A stretch of 64,000 nt of DNA from Candidatus Cryptobacteroides faecigallinarum (GCA_017695015.1 JADIMD010000023.1:8670-72669), one strand, 5' to 3'; counted from the stretch's first letter, positions 40,977 to 50,713 are shown. Notes: generated from the letters alone by a model not told the origin. Program-made: numbers and translations.

Positions 40977-41696
40977 ATGAAAGCACGGTATATAATGATT
41001 TTGTCTATCCTTGCAATGGCTCTGGCTTCCTGCAAGGTCAACGATATAGCCTATTACAGCGATGATGCGAGGATAGAGTTTTCCGGGGCATCCAGCTACA
41101 CATTTACGGATGAAGACTGGCTGGAAGAGTATGTCCTCGGTCAGGATTCCTATATCGATGGCAGGTTCACCGCACAGCTCATAGGATATTTCCTCGATAC
41201 ACCGAGGACATTCTGCGTGCAGGCAACTCCTGTGGAGACATCCCTGTTCACTCCGGAACTGGAATTTGACAATCCGTACCAGTTTCCTGCCGGGGTCGTG
41301 ACTGTCGATGCCGGCTTCAGGATCAAGTGTCCATCGAAGGAAAATGCATCCACCCGTTCCACCGACAAGAATGGCTATGTGGACATAGTGTATGACAACA
41401 GCTCTGAATACCAGCAGTTCGGGCAGGGAAGGGTGGAGAACCTTTCGTACAGGGTCACCGTCAACCTCGACCTGTATCCGGATGACTGGAACGCGGCTTT
41501 CTGGGGCAGATACAGCGTGTCGAAATATATCCTTATGATGGAGACTTTCCGCTGTGTCCACAAGGACATAGAGAGAAATTTCGACAGCTATATGGCGATA
41601 ATGGAAGCCTATGCCCTATATAAACAGGAGAACGGTCCTCTGTACGGGGACGATGATTACAGTGATGAGGAAATTGAATTCCCTGTCTTTAACTAG
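40977..41696 (+). CDS. DUF4843-like lipoprotein
   Basis: Lipobox ALASC; P.DW...WGRYSVSKY and NGPL...EEIEFP motifs; position after susD. Confidence 0.7.
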   Translation: MKARYIMILSILAMALASCKVNDIAYYSDDARIEFSGASSYTFTDEDWLEEYVLGQDSYIDGRFTAQLIGYFLDTPRTFCVQATPVETSLFTPELEFDNPYQFPAGVVTVDAGFRIKCPSKENASTRSTDKNGYVDIVYDNSSEYQQFGQGRVENLSYRVTVNLDLYPDDWNAAFWGRYSVSKYILMMETFRCVHKDIERNFDSYMAIMEAYALYKQENGPLYGDDDYSDEEIEFPVFN

Positions 41697-41703
41697 AACG
41701 GAC

Positions 41704-43449
41704 ATGAACATATTTTTCAGAAACATAATCATCCTGGTATGCACCCTTGCCGCAGTTTCCTGCTACAAGGATCTCGGCAACTATGACTACCGGGACATCA
41801 ACGAGATAACTATAGATCCGGGTTCATACACCTATTCGGCAGGCGTGCCATCCGAGGTGGTGATAACCCCGACAGTGACCCAGTCCCTGACGGAGGGTAC
41901 TGACAATCTTTCATACCTCTGGCAGAGACCTGTCTCCGGTAACCGCTGGGAGGAGCTGGGCACGGAGCCTCAATATGTGCTTCAGGTTACCCAGGAGGAT
42001 AACCAGGTCATAAACCTGATTTTCTCTGTAACTGACAACAACCTCGGCATCACGACATACGCGGAGATATATGTCAGGCCGATAATCGCTTTCGAGAGCT
42101 GCTGGTTCCTGCTCCAGGACATAGATGGGCAGGCAGTCCTCGGGAATGTGGACGGAGAAGGCGATGAGAGGACTGTCAGCCACGACATCTATGGGGCACA
42201 GAACGGAGGACAGGCTCTCCAGGGCAGTCCTCTTTTCCTCGGTGTGCAGCCTTATATGAGGACGGACCCTCCTACGGCTGGTAACTCCAATACCGAGAAT
42301 CTGCTCGGGGTGTTCACCTCCTCGGCTCAGTATATCCTCGAGGCATCCACGATGCATGAGCATCCTGACCTGGACTATGACAGGATTGTCTACGGAAGAC
42401 ATCTGTCAGGAGAGAACATGCCTCAGAATGACGGTTCCGGCCCGACATTCATGAAAGGGCAGCGCAACGGTTTCGCGATAGCGGATGGAGGTACCCTGTG
42501 GTATGCCGTCCATGATGACCTGGCCCTGATGTACCCTCTCAGGCTCGATCCATCGTCTCTCGGCAGTGACCCGTATGCATATACGGTTGGAGATGCGTGT
42601 CTGTCATACGCGAGGGGCAATAACATGCTCGTGTACGATTCGCGTGGAAACAGGTTCCTGACCTACATCAATACCACAGACTACGGTTCCGGATATTGGG
42701 TGAGACAGGAGATTGTTGATGGGGGAGGTTCCGAAGACAACGAGTATCTGGAGTTCACATCCAACAATACGGCATATCTGACGCCGGTGGGAGAAAACGG
42801 GAAGACCAACGCTTTCAATCCGGACCTGCTGCAGAGCGGACTGGTGATGGATGTAATGGGGATGTCAACATCGGGCCAGGGCACCAGCAATGTCCTTGCG
42901 GTCGGCCATTCGGACAATACGTTCCATATATATGAGTTGAGTATGGATGCGATAGTGGACAACAATGATGCGTACGCAAGGTGCAGCGGCTACTGGTCTG
43001 TATCGGCCGAAGGTTCCCTGGCTTCTTCGGAAAAGGTGCCGGTGACCACATCGTCATATTTCACGAGGATGTTCTTCTATGCGTCAGGCAATGCCATCTA
43101 CCGAGTGGACATTTCGCTTTCAACCCCGACAGTCACTCGGATCTGGGCTTCCGATGATGCTTCCGATGTGGTCACTGGCCTGAAATTCAAGTCCGACAAC
43201 GAAGAGATATATTATGAGGACAATACTGTCAAGGGTGTCACCCATCAGCTCGGGGCGATAGTCGAGAGCCAGAATGGAGACTGCGTGCTTGTGGAGTTCA
43301 ATATGACTGCTGCCGGAGAGATAGAGCAGGATTCTGCAGGTGTCCAGAATATAAAGGTGTTCGGAGAGGATACCGATGGAGATGCCATCTTCTCCAATGT
43401 GGTGGATTTCGTTTACTCTTACAGGGATAAGATATATACCTTGGAGTAA
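41704..43449 (+). CDS. PKD-like family lipoprotein
   Basis: SCYKDLGNYDYRDINEITI N-terminal signature. Confidence 0.8.
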   Translation: MNIFFRNIIILVCTLAAVSCYKDLGNYDYRDINEITIDPGSYTYSAGVPSEVVITPTVTQSLTEGTDNLSYLWQRPVSGNRWEELGTEPQYVLQVTQEDNQVINLIFSVTDNNLGITTYAEIYVRPIIAFESCWFLLQDIDGQAVLGNVDGEGDERTVSHDIYGAQNGGQALQGSPLFLGVQPYMRTDPPTAGNSNTENLLGVFTSSAQYILEASTMHEHPDLDYDRIVYGRHLSGENMPQNDGSGPTFMKGQRNGFAIADGGTLWYAVHDDLALMYPLRLDPSSLGSDPYAYTVGDACLSYARGNNMLVYDSRGNRFLTYINTTDYGSGYWVRQEIVDGGGSEDNEYLEFTSNNTAYLTPVGENGKTNAFNPDLLQSGLVMDVMGMSTSGQGTSNVLAVGHSDNTFHIYELSMDAIVDNNDAYARCSGYWSVSAEGSLASSEKVPVTTSSYFTRMFFYASGNAIYRVDISLSTPTVTRIWASDDASDVVTGLKFKSDNEEIYYEDNTVKGVTHQLGAIVESQNGDCVLVEFNMTAAGEIEQDSAGVQNIKVFGEDTDGDAIFSNVVDFVYSYRDKIYTLE

Positions 43450-43491
43450 AATTCTGCTTGTAGGTTTTTGACTGCATATTATTGGAATTTT

Positions 43492-46284
43492 ATGCATTTC
43501 AGACATATTTTTCTGTTTCAGGCGATTCTGACCTTGGCTTTGGCACTGGTGAATTCACCGGCCCATGCCGCTTTCGGGAGTCGCCTGAATCCGTCTTATG
43601 ACATAGAGACCTGGAGTATCCCTGACGACATGATCGGCAGGGACTTCAGCCTTTTTATCACTGTGCTCGACACTGATTTCACTCCTGCTCCTGAAGCAAA
43701 GTTCGGATATACGGGTGACCGTTTCGGTCCTATGATTTTCCGCTTTGTGGAGGACGGGGATGATCTGGTCCTGGAGCAGGCTGTGGGCTATGAGCTGCCT
43801 GACAGTACGGGTGTCGGGAGCGACCTGAAGACCATGTACTCGGAGCGTGCCGAATATATGGAGGCGCGGAGATTCCATGTGATTTCCCGTGAGAACGGCA
43901 AGATACGCTTCGATGTGAGGGACTGGCTGAACGATGACATGTATTTCGGTCTCCAGCCTTATGCCGCCATTCTCCGTCTCGGGATGAAGGTGGAGCAGAG
44001 TTCCCGTGTGGTGGAGGTGAAGCATCTTCCGGGGCAGTTGATTGTCAGGTCGGAGCTGAAATATGCTCCCATACCTTTGCCGAGCGCCCCTAAGGATACC
44101 ACGACCTGGACTGTGGGGACCTGCCTTTCTCTTCTTCCGGAGGAGAAGATGGAGCCTGTGTGCTATGACAGGAGGGTCGGGTATTTCAATATCCCTGCCG
44201 CCAAGGTGTCTGTGCCCGGGGTCGCCCTCAAGAAGAAGTCTGTGATAAAGATGTTCAGGAACGGTGTGACTTTCTGTATTCATCCTGATTTCCCCGATTC
44301 TCTGCGTCCTGCGGTGAGGAGGGCTGTGGAGACCTGGGACAGGATTTTCCTCGACTATGGTCTTGACGGAAGGGTAAAGCTTGAGGAGCCGGCGGCAGAG
44401 GACCTGGACGGATGGTATTCGGTGGACAATGCGAGGGTGTCCTGGATAATGTTCAATGATGCTCCAGGTAATGAGAATGCCTATGGAAGGGCATATTCGG
44501 ATGTCCGTACGGGGGAGACCCTCTGTGCATATCTCGGCATTTTCAGCGGTGTCGACACCATTCTCCGCAGATGGTACATGGCCCAGACAGGGGATATAAG
44601 TCCCGTGCCCGAGGATGTGTATATGGCTATGTTCGAGATGATGGCTACCCATGAGATCGGGCATACTCTCGGTCTTGCGCATAATTTCTATGGGAGCCGC
44701 CTGTATTCCATTGACCAGCTCCGGGATTCCGTGCTCATGTCAAAGGTGTCGCACGGGAGTTCCATCATGGATTACATGAGGCTGAACTATGCCGCCATGC
44801 CGGGAGACGGGATTGCTCCTGTCGATCTTGTCCCGGTGATAGGCCCGTACGACAAGGCTGCCATCATCTGGGGGTATAGCGATTCCCTTACCGTGTTCCC
44901 GACGCTTGGTTGCAGCCTTGTGTCCATGAACAGCGACAGGGGCAGGCAGGGCAGGTCGCACAGATATACCATGGATGATATCAGGGGGGATTTTGCGGCA
45001 TGGATGTTTTCTCAGGACAGCCTCAGGTTCTTCCAGGAGATTGCCAACGATCCTACCACTGTTGCGGACGACCTCGGCTCCCAGCCTCTTCTGACTGCCG
45101 AGAACGGAATGAAGCATCTCCGTCAGGTGCTGGATTCGTACAGCAGGGCTCTGGCGGACAGTACTGTGTCCCGAGAGTTGCTTCCTGACAGTGCTTTCGT
45201 GTATTCTACTGTGTCCATGCAGTATTCCAAGTTGATAGACAATGCCATTACCTTTGTCGGAGGACTGATCAGGGTCCCGTCCGGCAATTCGGTGAAATAC
45301 GCCCCTGTGGACAGCGTTTCCCAGGCCGAGGCCATCAGATTCATAGATAAATATGTGTTCAATGCCCCTGAGTGGGCAAACTGGATAGTGGACGATTCCA
45401 ACAAGGAATATGTGGCGTACAGGATTTCAAGGAATCTTTCCAAGGAAGAGAACAGGATGTGGACCAAGGAGACAGGGCAGTACGGGCTTTTTATCAGGGA
45501 TGGCCGTGTCATCCTGGATATGGCGCAGTCCTATGTGTCTGTCGTGGGCCAGATAGACAGGGGAGTCGGTCTGCGATGCCGTCCTCTGCCGTCCATTGCA
45601 TCGTTCAATGGTTCAGGATTGATGGACATTACGGATTCCCTGTATGCCATGCTCGACTCCAAGGTCATGAAGAATGTGTATGGACTGCGTTCCATGCATG
45701 ACCTGTGGCATGTCTTCGATGATGCACAATGCATTTATTCCCTTGACGGCTACACTATCAAGGTCAAGCTCAGATACAGCAGGATGCCTGATTATTCGGT
45801 GACGGAGATGAGGCAGCCGGCAGGCATTGTCCCAGTGGAAGTGTCTTTCTATGTCAGGAATGAGCTTCCCCGTCCTGACGGCAAGCCGGATATGGACAGG
45901 AGGGCGGCCATTGTTTCTCCTGACGGCACTGTGCGCCTGTATGTTGGGCCTACTGTGCCTGAATTCTACAGGACGATTCTGGCGAGGACTGTCAGGCGCT
46001 ACAACAGGGATTACGGCACGCGGATTGTCCTGGTGGATACCGATGTGATCTCGGCTGACTGCGAGGCGGCAGTGTCTTTCGATGTGCTGGACACTGACAT
46101 CACTGCCTATGCTGTGCCGGGGTATTTCCGTCTCAACATAGGTGCGGATACTGTCCCTGACGAGAAGGATGTGAGCCGCAAGCTCAGGATGGCTCTTGAC
46201 ATGTACACCGGGGCTGCGATTGGGATTGTTCCGGGCAAGGCCAAGGACGAGCTGTCATTGTCGAGACGCGGAAGATTTATGTGA
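43492..46284 (+). CDS. Zinc-dependent metalloprotease (DUF5117/DUF4953-type metzincin)
   Basis: HEIGHTLGLAH zinc motif, SSIMDY Met-turn, DRRVGYF, IGPYDKAAIIWGY. Confidence 0.88.
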   Translation: MHFRHIFLFQAILTLALALVNSPAHAAFGSRLNPSYDIETWSIPDDMIGRDFSLFITVLDTDFTPAPEAKFGYTGDRFGPMIFRFVEDGDDLVLEQAVGYELPDSTGVGSDLKTMYSERAEYMEARRFHVISRENGKIRFDVRDWLNDDMYFGLQPYAAILRLGMKVEQSSRVVEVKHLPGQLIVRSELKYAPIPLPSAPKDTTTWTVGTCLSLLPEEKMEPVCYDRRVGYFNIPAAKVSVPGVALKKKSVIKMFRNGVTFCIHPDFPDSLRPAVRRAVETWDRIFLDYGLDGRVKLEEPAAEDLDGWYSVDNARVSWIMFNDAPGNENAYGRAYSDVRTGETLCAYLGIFSGVDTILRRWYMAQTGDISPVPEDVYMAMFEMMATHEIGHTLGLAHNFYGSRLYSIDQLRDSVLMSKVSHGSSIMDYMRLNYAAMPGDGIAPVDLVPVIGPYDKAAIIWGYSDSLTVFPTLGCSLVSMNSDRGRQGRSHRYTMDDIRGDFAAWMFSQDSLRFFQEIANDPTTVADDLGSQPLLTAENGMKHLRQVLDSYSRALADSTVSRELLPDSAFVYSTVSMQYSKLIDNAITFVGGLIRVPSGNSVKYAPVDSVSQAEAIRFIDKYVFNAPEWANWIVDDSNKEYVAYRISRNLSKEENRMWTKETGQYGLFIRDGRVILDMAQSYVSVVGQIDRGVGLRCRPLPSIASFNGSGLMDITDSLYAMLDSKVMKNVYGLRSMHDLWHVFDDAQCIYSLDGYTIKVKLRYSRMPDYSVTEMRQPAGIVPVEVSFYVRNELPRPDGKPDMDRRAAIVSPDGTVRLYVGPTVPEFYRTILARTVRRYNRDYGTRIVLVDTDVISADCEAAVSFDVLDTDITAYAVPGYFRLNIGADTVPDEKDVSRKLRMALDMYTGAAIGIVPGKAKDELSLSRRGRFM

Positions 46285-46303
46285 TACCAATAATATTGAT
46301 ATT

Positions 46304-46384
46304 ATGAAAAGGTTTTTGTCATTATGCATTGCTGCGGACAGGACGGTTCTGCAGAAACTCGGTAATGATTGTTTGACATTTTAA
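46304..46384 (+). pseudogene. Probable deletion remnant (26 aa)
   Basis: MKRFLSLCIAADRTVLQKLGNDCLTF*; AT-rich leader, operon-like spacing on both sides. Confidence 0.4.
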
Positions 46385-46394
46385 AAGCATTTAT

Positions 46395-48056
46395 ATGAAA
46401 AGGATAGTAATAGAAACAGCAGCGGTGATGTCTGTCGTGGCATTAGCCGCCTGCAGCGAAAAAACCATAGATACGGTATCTCCACCTGTCTCTGTGCCGG
46501 AGACGGCAGATGTGTCGGTGTTCAATATCACGACGGAAGGATATGCGAGCGATGATCCTGACTTCGACGGGCTGTTCAGGCTGGAGCTTGCCGCCAAGGA
46601 TGCGGTAGGGCTGTTCATCGTCCATGCAGATGGGTCGGTGGAGGTCCTCAGGATGGTGCTCGAGTCGGATGGGTCCTGGAATATTGCGCTGAACGATGAT
46701 GATGTCATAACCTGGACTGAAGGGGACAGGTATTTTGCATACTATCCGCAGGACAGCAAAATAGATGCGGCATCAGTCAATCTTCAGGCAACCTCCGAGG
46801 AGGAATTCTTTGCGGATGTGATTGCCGGATGGACTGTAGCGGCAGACCAGTCAGAAGACTTCGAGGTATCCTCCCTTCTGACTGCCTCGGGCGTGTACAA
46901 TCCGGATGGCGGGACAGGGAAACCTTCGATAGACATATGTCTCTCTCCTAAGACAGCTCTTGTATGCTTCGTCCCGGAATGCACGACATACGTGTTCGAC
47001 AACACTCCTGCAATTCCGGATTACAACAATCCGCTGCAGGTCGATTTTGATGGGATAGACCCTTTCAACGATGGCGGAAGATATTTCTACAAGACCAATC
47101 CTGCCGATGGGACCGGGTTTTCCGGTACTGCCGGAGGAGAGAAGTGGTCGCAGTCCATTTCCGGTGTCGGGCCAGGAGAAGTCGTTGTCATTCCTGTAGG
47201 CCGGGCGTCGGAGATACACCATACCCTGCAGCCAGGGGACTTTTTCCTGTCTGATGGCAATCTCCTGTCCAGGGATGCGGATGCCGCTGATGTCAGCTCT
47301 GCGGATGTGATAGGTATGGTGACCAATATAGACCCTGACAGGATCGGTCAGGCTGCAAAAGATGCCCTCGGAGGTGTTGTCCACGGGACTGTGACTTCTA
47401 CCCGAGAGAATTCTGTCTATGCATGGTACGGTACCCAAGGGAATGACAGCAGGGATGAGTCTTCCATAGGTCTTGAGGTGCTGGCTTCTGTCGAGTCCAC
47501 TCCGGAAGAGAACCTGGAGATTCTGGATGCCGATGTGGATGGCTATGGATATACCAGTGCCATATTCAGCAAGAGGGCTAAAGATGTGGCATCCGGCAAG
47601 TATCCGCTGTTCAGGTCTGCGCAGTTGTTTTCCAATGTCGTGGGGGGACCTGAAGCCAATGCGGTCACGACAGGATGGTATGTCCCAGCTATGGGGGAAC
47701 TGATGGATTTCTTCAGGACGGCCTGCGGAATGTCCTTGACATCTTCGGATGGCACTTTCGGCGGAGAGCTGAATGACATATGGATGTGGTGGACAGGGAC
47801 CGGGGTCGATATTGCCGCTGCAATAAACAGTTCCATGTCCAAGGTATCTATGGATGACAAGACATTCCTTGATGATTCAGACCTGTACACGAGGTTCTAC
47901 TGGACTTCATCCGTATCTGCGGATAATCTTGCCCTGACTCTGTATTTCTATGCGCTGTATGAGGATACGGCACCGGAAGAGAACCTGATGCTGAGGAGCA
48001 GTTATAAGAGTGCCGCCGATGGTGGTGCGCTTTCCCGGCTGGTGCTTGTATTTTGA
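46395..48056 (+). CDS. Fimbrillin-like lipoprotein with DUF1566-like C-terminal domain
   Basis: Lipobox ALAAC; DAVGLF, YFAYYP, ADQS; GWYVPAMGEL, FYWTSS, final RLVLVF. Confidence 0.75.
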   Translation: MKRIVIETAAVMSVVALAACSEKTIDTVSPPVSVPETADVSVFNITTEGYASDDPDFDGLFRLELAAKDAVGLFIVHADGSVEVLRMVLESDGSWNIALNDDDVITWTEGDRYFAYYPQDSKIDAASVNLQATSEEEFFADVIAGWTVAADQSEDFEVSSLLTASGVYNPDGGTGKPSIDICLSPKTALVCFVPECTTYVFDNTPAIPDYNNPLQVDFDGIDPFNDGGRYFYKTNPADGTGFSGTAGGEKWSQSISGVGPGEVVVIPVGRASEIHHTLQPGDFFLSDGNLLSRDADAADVSSADVIGMVTNIDPDRIGQAAKDALGGVVHGTVTSTRENSVYAWYGTQGNDSRDESSIGLEVLASVESTPEENLEILDADVDGYGYTSAIFSKRAKDVASGKYPLFRSAQLFSNVVGGPEANAVTTGWYVPAMGELMDFFRTACGMSLTSSDGTFGGELNDIWMWWTGTGVDIAAAINSSMSKVSMDDKTFLDDSDLYTRFYWTSSVSADNLALTLYFYALYEDTAPEENLMLRSSYKSAADGGALSRLVLVF

Positions 48057-48166
48057 CGCTTCCGTACCGGAATTGCCGGAAAAGAATTATTTTTGTCCCT
48101 GTCGTCCTGATGGGGACAGTATATTTTTAAAGGAAAAGACAGCAAATGATCTATAGAAACGGTATT

Positions 48167-48649
48167 ATGAAAAAGATTATTTCCATCCTTGTCGCAGCCA
48201 TGGCGGCTGCAGCTGTATGTCAGGCTCAGGAGATTTCTCCCAACGCAATTGTGAAAGACCTTTCCGGAAGCAGTGTCCTGATGGGTGATGTGCTCAAGAA
48301 TGATGTGGTGATCGTGTCTTTCTGGGCCACATGGTGCAAGCCTTGCCAGGCGGAGCTGGATGCTCTTGCCGAGATCGAGGACATGTGGGCTGACCAGATC
48401 CGCGTGGTGGCCATTTCCACAGATGATGCGCGTTCGGCATCCAAGGTGAAGTCCACTGTCAAGGCGAAAATGTGGCCGTACGAGGTATATACGGATGAGA
48501 ACAGCACCCTTGCCAAGTCTCTCAACATTTCGTCGATTCCGTTCGTCATGATTGTGGCGGATGGCAAGACCGTCTATTCCCACACCGGCTACACTCCTGG
48601 CAGCGAGCGTCTGCTCGTCGAGGATGCCCTCTCCTACCTCAAAAAGTAG
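48167..48649 (+). CDS. TlpA-family thiol-disulfide oxidoreductase, exported
   Basis: Signal peptide; FWATWCKPC; cis-Pro loop SSIP. Confidence 0.92.
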   Translation: MKKIISILVAAMAAAAVCQAQEISPNAIVKDLSGSSVLMGDVLKNDVVIVSFWATWCKPCQAELDALAEIEDMWADQIRVVAISTDDARSASKVKSTVKAKMWPYEVYTDENSTLAKSLNISSIPFVMIVADGKTVYSHTGYTPGSERLLVEDALSYLKK

Positions 48650-48650
48650 C

Positions 48651-48965
48651 TCACCACAGCGCCACCCTCCCGAAACTACCCATATCGAGGTCGGCTTTGA
48701 TTCCCATTGCCCGGAAAGCCTTGACTATTGTGGAGAAAGTGATGCTTTTGCCACTTTCAATTTTGGAGATTTGCGCCCTTTTTACTCCCATAAGCTCACC
48801 AAGTTGTTCTTGTGTGAGCTTTTTTGCTGTTCTGGCTTTTCTGATAGCTTCCCCGATCATGAAATCGTTGATGTCTTTTTCATACTGGTCTCTTGCAGGA
48901 GTCCCCTTGCTGCCGAGTACCTTGTCGACAGCTTCTTCTTCAGTATAGAATTTCATTTCCGCCAT
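48651..48965 (-). CDS. XRE/HigA-like HTH antitoxin
   Basis: IRKARTAKKLTQEQLGELMGVKRAQISKIESG. Confidence 0.88.
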   Translation of the reverse strand: MAEMKFYTEEEAVDKVLGSKGTPARDQYEKDINDFMIGEAIRKARTAKKLTQEQLGELMGVKRAQISKIESGKSITFSTIVKAFRAMGIKADLDMGSFGRVALW

Positions 48966-48966
48966 A

Positions 48967-49314
48967 TCATTTCTGTAATTTATTCTTGTAATATATTCTC
49001 CTGATTTCCTTGGCTTTAGTGATTTCTTTCGCAGGGGTTTTCTTGCTTTTCTTCACAAATCCATGAGTGGCGATCACTAAAGTTTCTGTCTCTGTATCCC
49101 AAAATGCCAATATCCTGTATGAGATTCCATTGTACAAAGTACGGAATTCCCATATGTCAGAATCTTCTAATTTTTTGAATAATTCATTGTCTATGACATA
49201 TTTGCATTTGTTTATGTTGTACATGATCTTGGCTTTTGCCTTCTCCTCCAACCTGTTCAGAAACTCGATGGTTTCTTCAGAATATATTATTCTGAAATTT
49301 CCGCAGCCCTCCAT
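48967..49314 (-). CDS. RelE/HigB-like (Gp49-type) toxin
   Basis: FKKLEDSDIWEFRT, YRILAFWD, THGFVKKSKKTP.KEI; upstream of HTH gene with 1 bp gap. Confidence 0.88.
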   Translation of the reverse strand: MEGCGNFRIIYSEETIEFLNRLEEKAKAKIMYNINKCKYVIDNELFKKLEDSDIWEFRTLYNGISYRILAFWDTETETLVIATHGFVKKSKKTPAKEITKAKEIRRIYYKNKLQK

Positions 49315-49327
49315 GTCTTTTTTCTTG

Positions 49328-49360
49328 CAAATATAGTAAAGTTTCCTAAAAAGGAAACTT
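49328..49360 (-). promoter_or_regulatory. TA promoter with palindromic operator
   Basis: TATATTTG (49335-49328) next to perfect inverted repeat aagtttcct-aaaa-aggaaactt (49339-49360). Confidence 0.7.
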
Positions 49361-49363
49361 ATT

Positions 49364-50707
49364 TCAGATTTTTTTGTTTTTCCAGCGTCCGGAGCGGAGG
49401 TAGAGCCCGCACAGGATGAGCATCCCAAGCGCATAGACATGCTCTGCAGTCCAGCAGATTGCGATGTCTGCCTTGAGAATGGTGCAGATGACGGTGCAGT
49501 AGCCGAGATAGATGACCAGGGCAACCGTTTCCAGGATGAATACTGTGCGCGTGTTGCCCGTGCCGATGCTCGCGTTGAAACAGATGTTGCCGGCTACATT
49601 GATGAGGTATGACGATGCCATCACAAGCATGGCCGGCACTGTCGCGTCGATGATGTCAGGCATGTCGGTAAAGATTCCGATGACCTGTTTCGGGAATATC
49701 GCAAACAAGGCTATGATGGAGATGATGATGGCGTAGCCCATTTTCATGACCCTGCCGATGAGTCCCGGAACCCTGTCCTGCTCTCCAGCCCCGATCATGT
49801 TGCTGACCAGAGTGCTGCATGTGGACGAGAATGCCATAAGCACTACCCATATCAGTCCTGAGACATTCCTGACAATGTTGGACACTGCCAGCGAGCGCTC
49901 TCCGAGGTGCTCCACAAAAAGGAAGAATATGAACCATGTGGACACTGAAAGGAAATTCTCTATCATTGTCCATACGGATATGTTGAACATGACTTTAAGC
50001 TCCTTCCATTCGAACTTCGCCGGTCTGTGCAGCCCGAATTTGCGGGTGTCTGTCCTTGTGGCGGTATATACAAGGAAAAATATCAGCGAGACAAGTTCCG
50101 CAAGGGTGGAGCCTATGGCCGCACCTGCGATTCCGAGGACAGGGAATCCAAGCTTTCCGTATATGAGTATCCAGTTGAAGACGACATTCGACAGCACCAT
50201 CACTATGGAGTTGAGGGTCAGCGTCTTCGTCTGCATGGTGCCGATGTAGAAGGCTCTGAACATGGCGGTGGTCCATGCGAAGAACAGCCCGAGTATCCTC
50301 CATCGCACATATGTCAGTGCGGCATCGAGGATCTTGTCCGAAGACACCATCTTTGACATCAGCCATGGGGAAAGTGCTTCCGACAAGGCTATCATAACGG
50401 CTGCAAACCCTAAGAGGAAATACAGCCCGTGCCAGAAAATCTTGCCCGTGTCGGTGTATTTCCCCTCACCGTTGCGGCGCCCTATGATTATCTGTGACCC
50501 TATGCTGAAGCCGAAGCCAACGATGAAAATCACCATGTAATACACTCCGGCAATGGCGGAAGCTCCGAGCTCTATCTCTCCGACCCTTCCCAGGAATGCA
50601 GTGTCGGTCATGCCGATCATCTGCTCCATGAAGAGGCTTATGAGGATAGGATAGGCGACCTGCCATATTCCGCGGTAGGTATATTTCCCTTCTATTCTCT
50701 CTTTCAT
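49364..50707 (-). CDS. MATE family efflux transporter
   Basis: AYPI...DTAFLGRVG, ~12 hydrophobic segments, terminal RSGRWK. Confidence 0.93.
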   Translation of the reverse strand: MKERIEGKYTYRGIWQVAYPILISLFMEQMIGMTDTAFLGRVGEIELGASAIAGVYYMVIFIVGFGFSIGSQIIIGRRNGEGKYTDTGKIFWHGLYFLLGFAAVMIALSEALSPWLMSKMVSSDKILDAALTYVRWRILGLFFAWTTAMFRAFYIGTMQTKTLTLNSIVMVLSNVVFNWILIYGKLGFPVLGIAGAAIGSTLAELVSLIFFLVYTATRTDTRKFGLHRPAKFEWKELKVMFNISVWTMIENFLSVSTWFIFFLFVEHLGERSLAVSNIVRNVSGLIWVVLMAFSSTCSTLVSNMIGAGEQDRVPGLIGRVMKMGYAIIISIIALFAIFPKQVIGIFTDMPDIIDATVPAMLVMASSYLINVAGNICFNASIGTGNTRTVFILETVALVIYLGYCTVICTILKADIAICWTAEHVYALGMLILCGLYLRSGRWKNKKI

Positions 50708-50713
50708 ACGGGC

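Larger units (their letters stand above)
30488..49492. mobile_element. Putative genomic island inserted in the 3' end of the MATE gene
   Basis: 129 bp direct repeats at both ends, TA module at one end, self-contained cargo; no integrase seen. Confidence 0.65.

Noticed and set aside
49315-49524. N-terminal extension of the toxin ORF
   Set aside because: Overlaps MATE; promoter and operator sit just before ATG 49314
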